64,000 bases of DNA from Escherichia coli (GTDB lineage: Bacteria > Pseudomonadota > Gammaproteobacteria > Enterobacterales > Enterobacteriaceae): assembly GCF_030013595.1 (NCBI RefSeq), contig NZ_CP122768.1; one strand, written 5' to 3'. Position numbers and translations under genes: made by a program. A model generated the notes under the pieces. That model saw nothing but the letters and a program-made list of their open reading frames with translations. It ran no database searches and was not told the DNA's origin. Positions 45,143-51,524 of the stretch are shown here, in pieces; the stretch's first letter is position 1; each line of letters begins with the position of its first letter.

Positions 45143-45146
45143 GAGG

Positions 45147-45674
45147 TCATTGATGGCCTGATTTTTCCCACTCAGCCAGGGCGTTTAGTCCGGCTTCACT
45201 CCAGTTATCCAGCTCATCGGGACAATCACCTGCAACATAGCAGAGCTCACAACGCAGCATACGAATTGCCAGCCTGGCATTTTCCCGAAAATCATACTGC
45301 TCAAAGTAATATTGCCCAGCATAATCCTCAAGGCAGATAGCACCATCATCAAGAAATTGCACTTCACAGCATAGTTCCCCGGCTGCATCCTGTACACGCT
45401 GCTGTATGTCATTGTCCGTTACTGGTGCAGGGATTTTACCGTCTCTGGCCTTAACTGCTTTCCAGAACTCGCCCCACGTCATTTCCAGCGTTCTCTCTGG
45501 CCACATTTCAGAAACGGTATCTTTTCCCTGTGCTGGTGGGCTGTTCCGCTGCTCTGTCGCTTCCACATCGATTTTTTTACCGGACATGACCACTTCGCCT
45601 TTCTCGATCCAGTCGTAAACTGTCTGGCGGCTTACGCCTTTGTGTTTGGCATATTCTGCCTTGCTCATAAACAT
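45147..45674 (-). CDS. protein with a lambda Nu1 (small terminase)-like N-terminal HTH; candidate packaging-specificity factor
   Basis: 175 aa. The N-terminus SKAEYAKHKGVSRQTVYDWIEKGEV resembles lambda Nu1 NKKQLADIFGASIRTIQNWQEQGMPV. The rest is unrecognised and Cys-rich. A good Shine-Dalgarno (GAGGGGAAG) precedes the start. Confidence 0.55.
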   Translation of the reverse strand: MFMSKAEYAKHKGVSRQTVYDWIEKGEVVMSGKKIDVEATEQRNSPPAQGKDTVSEMWPERTLEMTWGEFWKAVKARDGKIPAPVTDNDIQQRVQDAAGELCCEVQFLDDGAICLEDYAGQYYFEQYDFRENARLAIRMLRCELCYVAGDCPDELDNWSEAGLNALAEWEKSGHQ

Positions 45675-45844
45675 GACACTTCCCCTCAGACTGTATTAAT
45701 GCGCCGGAAAGCGCGTGTATTTAAATCATCCCAGGAACCGTTGAGCACCAATTAGTTGCGCGAAGTAATCGGCACCAGCGTTCCGAACAATTTCCAACTT
45801 AACGTTCTGATCATTGTTTCCTGCTGCAGGGACAATCCCACGAT

Positions 45845-46498
45845 TCATAGCCAGCGCCCGGATATTTCTTCCAGTTTTTCCAGAGCTGGCTTGCAGGCCG
45901 CATCAATAACTTCACGGACCATTCCGGCGAGCTGTTCTTCTTCTGTCGGCGTTGTTACTTCCACACCTGATGGTTTCCCGCCCTTATCCCATACGCCCAA
46001 CGGTACGAGCGCAACGTGATCGATAAGAAATGGCGTACCCTCAATGAAAAAATTGTCCTCGCCCATTACATCAGGAACTTCTGCCCCACCGGACGCACCA
46101 CAAAACACAACCGACGGGCTGGTGGATACCTCCCCCCGTGCTTTCTGGATGTAATCGATGATTTCCTGCCCGTAAATCCGGCATACGCCCCACACCTCGT
46201 CACCGCGAATATACGGCAACATGACGGTGCCAATAATGCGCGACCGTTCGCCCACGTCTTCAAGGGTTTTGCTTTCGGGATGGTCGATAATGACGGGTAC
46301 TCCGGCGCAACGTTCCAGGAACTGCGGATTGAGATAAGTTTGCGGTGAACGCCAGACAAATTCTTTTTCTTCGGCGCGATAGGCCATTCCGGTTCCTGTG
46401 ATACGCAGGTTAATCAGCCACATGTTGGAAAACTGATAAGGCGACGGTAGCTGACCGTCCCGAATCTGCTTTGCCGCCTCAATTTCTGTTAAAAGCAT
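45845..46498 (-). CDS. DUF2213-like protein (phage scaffold/prohead-protease-like family)
   Basis: 217 aa. The motifs GVPVIIDHPES, IGTV and IDHVALVPLGVWDKGG follow the pattern I remember for DUF2213. This has not been verified by HMM. Confidence 0.5.
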   Translation of the reverse strand: MLLTEIEAAKQIRDGQLPSPYQFSNMWLINLRITGTGMAYRAEEKEFVWRSPQTYLNPQFLERCAGVPVIIDHPESKTLEDVGERSRIIGTVMLPYIRGDEVWGVCRIYGQEIIDYIQKARGEVSTSPSVVFCGASGGAEVPDVMGEDNFFIEGTPFLIDHVALVPLGVWDKGGKPSGVEVTTPTEEEQLAGMVREVIDAACKPALEKLEEISGRWL

Positions 46499-46562
46499 AA
46501 TGTCCCCCGGTTATAAGCAATAAGCCCCACCAAATCCGGCAGGGCTGAAATCAGCACGTTTT

Positions 46563-47147
46563 TCATGCCCCCGCGAGGCTTGCAACGTTAATTTTAACCA
46601 GGCGACGGGGAGGGATTTTGAAAGCACTAAGCCAGTTATTCGGATCCCCCTGATATTCAGTAATCCGCCGTCCGGCTTCATCCATTCTTACGGTTTTACG
46701 CAAATAGCCCGGCGTATTTTCCACAGCCCACTGAACACTGTCTTTTGCAGCCTGGTAAATCTGATCTTCCAGCACCGCCAGCGTTGCAGAATCTGAAACG
46801 GAACGAATATCCACATCACTGAATTTTTTAGCCAGCTTCTGTGCACCAATTAATGCACGCTTGCGGTAATCCATCGACTTTTCACCAGCAAACGGGGCTG
46901 GAGCGCGACGGCCCATATTGCTGTATGCGGAATCCGCTTTAGCCTGGGCTTCTGCCAGTGAGGATTCATCTTCGACTGACGCGACGATGTTTTTATTCGC
47001 GTCATCCTCGTCCGCTTTTGTGAAATCCTGTGCGGGGATCGCATTCAGAATTTCGATAATCTCCTGCGGAGTGCTGCCCTGCGACTCTGACAGAGCGTTA
47101 ACCACCTCCATCAGTTTTAATCGCAAATCTTCTTTGCTTGCTGGCAT
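46563..47147 (-). CDS. hypothetical protein (194 aa) with an acidic N-terminal half
   Basis: The ORF has a GAGAGG Shine-Dalgarno before the ATG at 47147; the ORF track begins 9 nt earlier at a GTG. I recognise no family. It lies immediately upstream of the DUF2213-like gene. Confidence 0.5.
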   Translation of the reverse strand: MPASKEDLRLKLMEVVNALSESQGSTPQEIIEILNAIPAQDFTKADEDDANKNIVASVEDESSLAEAQAKADSAYSNMGRRAPAPFAGEKSMDYRKRALIGAQKLAKKFSDVDIRSVSDSATLAVLEDQIYQAAKDSVQWAVENTPGYLRKTVRMDEAGRRITEYQGDPNNWLSAFKIPPRRLVKINVASLAGA

Positions 47148-47186
47148 TTTTACCACCTCTCTTTTTTCACCAAAAAATCACGACCA

Positions 47187-47360
47187 TCAGGCCGGACGTT
47201 CTACGGGATAAAGCGCCCGCTGCATTAAACGCCGGGCGACCTCATGAATGCTCGGAGCAATCCCCAGCGGAGAATTGCGGCGTTCCTCGTCCTGGATGCG
47301 CTGTAATGCTTCAATCTGATCACGAGCGAGTAAAACGGGTTTCACGCTGGCTTTTCTCAT
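47187..47360 (-). CDS. hypothetical small protein (57 aa)
   Basis: An AGGAG Shine-Dalgarno lies 8 nt before the ATG at 47360; alternative ATGs are at 47366 and 47384. It is the first ORF after the tandem terminators. Confidence 0.45.
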   Translation of the reverse strand: MRKASVKPVLLARDQIEALQRIQDEERRNSPLGIAPSIHEVARRLMQRALYPVERPA

Positions 47361-47486
47361 AGTCATATCTCCTGAACAAAACAATGATTATGATTGCACA
47401 AACTGAAATAACGATCTACATCATTGCAATTTATGAAACAATAACGCATGATGATCGCGTTCTTCCCATTGACTTCAATCACCTGA

Positions 47487-47525
47487 AAAACAAAGCCCGC
47501 AACACTTCTGGCTGCGGGTTTTTTA
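47487..47525. terminator. hairpin with T-runs on both strands
   Basis: A CCCGCA-N11-TGCGGG hairpin is followed by TTTTTT on the plus strand and by TTTGTTTTT on the minus strand. Confidence 0.55.
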
Positions 47526-47531
47526 CTGGCA

Positions 47532-47557
47532 CAAAAAAGCCGGGAAAAATCCCGGCC
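47532..47557 (-). terminator. rho-independent terminator after the PerC-like gene
   Basis: The minus strand reads GCCGGGA-tttt-TCCCGGC followed by TTTTTT, 5 nt after the stop codon. Confidence 0.75.
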
Positions 47558-47561
47558 TCCG

Positions 47562-47849
47562 TCACTGACTGCAATTTTTCGATCCAGGGTATTTCCTGAA
47601 TGCCTTACCATTGGGCTGATGTAATCCCATCCCGGCATGTGCCCGGCTGATGGTTTCGCGCATTTCCCCGAAATTATCCTGCCTTGCTGGTGGGCGTGCT
47701 GCCTTGCGGATACATTCCGCGCGACGTTTTGCCGCCTGTTCCCGTGCCTTGTCATCATTCGCCAGCATGATGACCTCAGCCCACCGCGCCGCCGCTCTCC
47801 GGTACAGACCACGCGCTTCCAGTGCTTCCGCTTTGCTGTCGTGAATCAT
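47562..47849 (-). CDS. PerC/Pch-like transcriptional regulator
   Basis: 95 aa. The N-terminal AEALEARGLYRRAAARWAEV matches the PerC-family signature as I recall it. Its start overlaps the upstream gene's stop by 4 nt. Confidence 0.55.
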   Translation of the reverse strand: MIHDSKAEALEARGLYRRAAARWAEVIMLANDDKAREQAAKRRAECIRKAARPPARQDNFGEMRETISRAHAGMGLHQPNGKAFRKYPGSKNCSQ

Positions 47850-48388
47850 GCGCCTGTTTTCTCCTTTGCTGCCCGGCGCTGACGTTTGCGCTTCTCATTC
47901 AGCGCCACCAGCCGCGTTTCTGCGTCCTGTTGTTCCTGTGGTGTCACCTCGCCGCACGGCTGGCCTTTCAGGTCGTAGCGTACCCCACCAGCCATTAAGG
48001 CGCGGTAATAGCGCGGACACTGCGCATAAGATGCCAGCGTCGCACGCAATGCCCCTGGACCGAATGCCAGCCCCCTGACGGCGAGATCCTGCATCAGGTC
48101 GTCGAATATCCCCACCTTAAGCGGCTTCGGTGCTTCCCGGCTGAATAATTCAGGCCACAACTCAGTGAGGCGGTTAACGCGCCTGCGGTTTTTGCGCTGG
48201 CGTTTGGTCATATGCCGCCACGGTGTCGCCCCTGTGGGCTTCTGCTGCGCTTTCTGGTTACCGGGCATCACTTTATGCGCCGATGTGGTTTTATCCTGCT
48301 CCTGCGCCGCCTGCGTCGTTTTCTGCGGCGTGCCGTAAATGCCTTTCGGTTTTCTGTTAATGGTCAGCTTAGTCATGCTTTGCCCCAT
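47846..48388 (-). CDS. FinO/ProQ-domain RNA-binding protein
   Basis: 180 aa. KPLKVGIFDDL ... LRATLASYAQCPRYYRAL..GGVRYDLKGQPCGEV aligns with E. coli ProQ RPLKIGIFQDL ... [35 protein letters not shown]. Both the N- and C-terminal tails are basic. Confidence 0.8.
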   Translation of the reverse strand: MGQSMTKLTINRKPKGIYGTPQKTTQAAQEQDKTTSAHKVMPGNQKAQQKPTGATPWRHMTKRQRKNRRRVNRLTELWPELFSREAPKPLKVGIFDDLMQDLAVRGLAFGPGALRATLASYAQCPRYYRALMAGGVRYDLKGQPCGEVTPQEQQDAETRLVALNEKRKRQRRAAKEKTGA

Positions 48389-48537
48389 CGTTTTTACTGG
48401 TTGCTACGTTGCCCAACGGCACTGACACAACATTCTGTTTTCATTTTTAACATTCCTGATTTTTTAATTCCTCACCTGCTGCACAGTGAAAATTTATGAA
48501 GTTAATAACAATATGATTTTAAATGTATTTTTAAGTA

Positions 48538-48856
48538 CTCACTTTTTAATCCTTATATATACGCAAAAGTGAGGTAAATAGTTAAGTTTTAGTTAATATC
48601 TTGCATGGTGTGTTTTTTAACCTACCTGTTATTTTTATTACCTCATTTCTATTAACTCACCATTCCTCACTTTTGTTCCTCACTTTTTATTATTCTTGTT
48701 CTGCTCCTCAGTCGTTTTCTTTATTGTTGTAATCTGTTGTTTTGCAATGTGTTTTTAACTCCTCACTTTTTGACCTATATACAGGTGAGAAAGTGAGGAG
48801 TGGCGTTGATTTTTTGTTAAATTACCCGCCATCCTCACTTTTGCTCCTCACTTTTT
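48538..48856. repeat. iteron array CCTCACTTTT(T) in AT-rich DNA: candidate island replication origin
   Basis: Direct copies lie at 48538, 48665, 48678, 48761, 48833 and 48846. Inverted copies lie at 48565-48574 and 48789-48800, and there are degenerate copies as well. The array is immediately downstream of the helicase gene. Confidence 0.75.
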
Positions 48857-50270
48857 ACAGTGGGCGCACATAATCACCGTCAATAGCGATTACGCCGTCG
48901 CTTTCCAGCTTGTACAGCCAGCGCCGGAAGTGTTTCATCTCATACCCCAGCTTTTTCATATCATCGCGGAGAAGGGCGATAGTGCACGCCTCCCCGTGTG
49001 CTGTTCGCGTTCTGATGCACTGCCATAGCGCAGCGTGATTTTCCGTCTTGTTCCCGGCCTCCTCGATGCGTTCCAGTTCAACAGGTGGGCGCGGCTTATC
49101 CACAACCACCAGCGACGTGATTAACTCCCCGTCAGTGTCGGTAAAAAGCTCCACCACGCGTAAATCATATGCAGCCTCTTTCAGTTCCTCCGCGTCCTTC
49201 ATTTTGGTGCAGGAGATAACCAGGGCTTCACTGTCCGCACCTTCACGGCGAATACGGTATTCAGCGTCCAGAGATGCACGAAATGCACTGGAACCACGCG
49301 CCCCTTTTGTTTCATCCTTGCCGGAATGGTGAACCACCAGTACCGTGGCCCCTGTGCGTCGTTTCAGTTCGTCACATCCACGGATAAACGCCCCCATATC
49401 CCGCGCGTCATTTTCATCATTACCGCCAAAGCAACGCGCCAGCGTATCCAGAATAATCATGCGTACCGGTTTACCCGTTTCCCGTTCAACCTGACGGGAA
49501 GCGATGACCATTTCATCAACATCAAGCGGGACCGCCGGAAAAATCGGGCGGTTTACCAGGTACAGATTTTTCACCCGTTCATCATTAACGATTTCCCATG
49601 CTTTGATACGACGAGGAACACCGATCCCGCCCTCACCAACGACATACATAACCGCACCATGTACAACCCTGCGACCTCCCCAGTGGCGACCAGTGGCAAC
49701 ATGACACGCCCAGGAACACGCGAGGAACGATTTATAGGAACCGCTCGCGCCGTATGTGCTGCACAACGAATTAGCCGGAATCACGCCCTTAACGACATAA
49801 TCAAGCTGTGTGTCGTATCCTGCAGATCCAATACTCATTGGTAGCGTGGTTTTTCGCTGGCTGTATTGCTCGTCAGTAAGTATTTCCCCGCGCTCTGCCT
49901 GTTCGCGGATCCGTTGCAGGTAGTCGTGCCAGTTCTCCAGCTTCTGGCTGTGCATTCCCTCAGGGTAATAATTCGCATCCCGTACACCTGCCGCCGCCAG
50001 TTTTTGCCCGATGGCATTAATATTTGACGGCTTGATGTGGCCTGCCTTGTACAGCCGGACACAATAGCGACCATCGTCGATAATTTTCAGGTCTGCCAGT
50101 TCGTCAAGCTGGCTGTCTCCCAGCCATACAGGCGGAACATTGTCGCCAGCAAGTCGCCCGTCCTGTTCCTGCCATTGTTTCGCGTGCGCCCAGGCATCAC
50201 TACCCGCAAAAATAATGACTTCGGTCATTTTGTCGTGTGGCTGTTTTTTTAAGTTCGGTGCCAGTTTCAT
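48855..50270 (-). CDS. RepA/AAA_25-type replicative helicase-like initiator
   Basis: 471 aa with a RecA-fold core: Walker A-like GASGSYKS, Walker B MIILD and an HHSGK motif. The C-terminus is wHTH-like. It is translationally coupled to the upstream ORF. Confidence 0.7.
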   Translation of the reverse strand: MKLAPNLKKQPHDKMTEVIIFAGSDAWAHAKQWQEQDGRLAGDNVPPVWLGDSQLDELADLKIIDDGRYCVRLYKAGHIKPSNINAIGQKLAAAGVRDANYYPEGMHSQKLENWHDYLQRIREQAERGEILTDEQYSQRKTTLPMSIGSAGYDTQLDYVVKGVIPANSLCSTYGASGSYKSFLACSWACHVATGRHWGGRRVVHGAVMYVVGEGGIGVPRRIKAWEIVNDERVKNLYLVNRPIFPAVPLDVDEMVIASRQVERETGKPVRMIILDTLARCFGGNDENDARDMGAFIRGCDELKRRTGATVLVVHHSGKDETKGARGSSAFRASLDAEYRIRREGADSEALVISCTKMKDAEELKEAAYDLRVVELFTDTDGELITSLVVVDKPRPPVELERIEEAGNKTENHAALWQCIRTRTAHGEACTIALLRDDMKKLGYEMKHFRRWLYKLESDGVIAIDGDYVRPL

Positions 50271-50566
50271 TTTGTGCCCCTGAATGCGTTAATCATGTTT
50301 TTCATTTTCTGAATATTTGCCCGTGCCTTTGCGTTGCTGGTGGGCTGTTTGCGTGGTGTGGCCTGTATCAGTGAAAAATCACGCCGGAACTGATAAACAG
50401 GCATCACGCAGTCGTAGCTGTACCCATCACGGCGGTAAGTAACGCACCGTCCGGCAATACTTTTAATCGTTACCGTGCCGCCGTAGTTATCCCGGAAAAT
50501 ATCGCCGGGGCGGATTTCAGGCCGAGGGAGACCACTGGCAGTAAAGCCAGAATTTTTCTTTTTCAT
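50267..50566 (-). CDS. hypothetical protein (99 aa)
   Basis: The ORF overlaps the rep start by 4 nt. I could not confidently recognise a family. Confidence 0.5.
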   Translation of the reverse strand: MKKKNSGFTASGLPRPEIRPGDIFRDNYGGTVTIKSIAGRCVTYRRDGYSYDCVMPVYQFRRDFSLIQATPRKQPTSNAKARANIQKMKNMINAFRGTK

Positions 50567-50570
50567 GGTT

Positions 50571-50771
50571 TTATTTTCCTGTCAGCAGTTCCGGTTTTAT
50601 TTCCGCACGAATACAGAGTTCAGAAAAAAATTCAGGAGAACCAACAATCTCATTACTTTTCAGTCGGCATTGTGATTTCACTTTCCCTTTATCCAGGTAA
50701 ACCAGTATGCGTCCGGTGAAATCATCTGGCACACTCAGGGTAATTGTCATTGTTGCTTGCTGATTATCCAT
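50571..50771 (-). CDS. hypothetical protein carrying one copy of the FTG(R/Q) module (66 aa)
   Basis: It shares the pattern FTGRILVYLDKGKV...VGSPEFFSEL with both halves of the upstream 121-aa protein. Confidence 0.5.
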   Translation of the reverse strand: MDNQQATMTITLSVPDDFTGRILVYLDKGKVKSQCRLKSNEIVGSPEFFSELCIRAEIKPELLTGK

Positions 50772-51129
50772 GATTCACCCCCTGAATAACCTGATAACCG
50801 CAACTGGTCAGCAATTCGATAAATTCCGGCAGTGTTCCGAAACAGCAATCATCTCGCAGCCGTTCTCGGGATACTTCAACGCCGTTTTCGTAGTGACTCA
50901 CCATGCGTCCGGTAAAATGCAGATCATCATCGTGATGGCTCGTTAACGGCTTAATCAGTCGCGCACGTTCTGCCAGCTCCAGCAATGCTTCAACGCTTCC
51001 GGCAATTGCACCATCCGGCAGGTGATAATTACTTGCCACGCGTCCATTCTCCACGTTAACCAGTAGCTGCCCGGTGAATTTCTCATCAAACTGAATGCTG
51101 TTAAGGTCAGAAATTGACAGGTTAATCAT
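50764..51129 (-). CDS. hypothetical protein carrying two tandem copies of the FTG(R/Q) module (121 aa)
   Basis: Internal duplication: FTGQLLVNVENGRV...AGSVEALLEL and FTGRMVSHYENGVEV...FGTLPEFIEL. It overlaps both neighbouring genes by 8 nt. Confidence 0.55.
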   Translation of the reverse strand: MINLSISDLNSIQFDEKFTGQLLVNVENGRVASNYHLPDGAIAGSVEALLELAERARLIKPLTSHHDDDLHFTGRMVSHYENGVEVSRERLRDDCCFGTLPEFIELLTSCGYQVIQGVNHG

Positions 51130-51325
51130 GGCGTACCTCCTGGCGAATACGGGCAGCGAATACCATCACGCAGCCATCAGGAGATTGCTGACGCGCTTCC
51201 TGTTCGCTGGTGGCCTCAATGGTAATCACGCGCGGTTGTGCCGTGCTCAGGGCGATAAAACGCCAGATGTATTTATTCAGGTTGTGCGAGTCCCGCCCTT
51301 GCGGGTGTGTGGTATGATTTCTCAT
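51122..51325 (-). CDS. Icd-like small protein (67 aa)
   Basis: This is the 3' third of the 286-aa ORF-track entry, starting at MRNHTTHPQGRDSH. The segment YIWRFIALS...IEATSEQEARQQSP.GCVMVFAARIRQE resembles proteins annotated as host cell division inhibitor Icd-like in satellite islands. That match is from memory only. Confidence 0.5.
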   Translation of the reverse strand: MRNHTTHPQGRDSHNLNKYIWRFIALSTAQPRVITIEATSEQEARQQSPDGCVMVFAARIRQEVRHD

Positions 51326-51422
51326 AGCTACCTCGATACTCTTTCTATCGTTGGTGGTTAGAAGCCCCGTTACTGCTCCAACAGTGCGGGGTTTCGTCGT
51401 TTCTGTGCCTTGCATTAACAAG

Positions 51423-51504
51423 GTGTAAGACACAATGTAAAATACAAGTGTCTTACACGTCAAGCCTTCAAAATAATTTTTTTTCGTGTATATTGTCTTA
51501 CACC
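51423..51504. promoter_or_regulatory. operator-like repeats in the divergent control region
   Basis: GTGTAAGACAC (51423-51433) and its exact inverted copy GTGTCTTACAC (51448-51458) are joined by a third copy, GTCTTACACC (51495-51504). They lie between the Icd-like operon and the plus-strand RHH-like gene. Confidence 0.6.
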
Positions 51505-51524
51505 AACAACATAAGGAGTTAGAC

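Noticed and set aside
48538-48856. Possible CRISPR array (both iteron arrays, including 44885-45142)
   Set aside because: The repeat units are only 10-16 nt, irregularly spaced, partly inverted and embedded in AT-rich DNA next to a rep gene. There are no cas genes and no uniform spacer lengths. Iteron or binding-site arrays fit much better.
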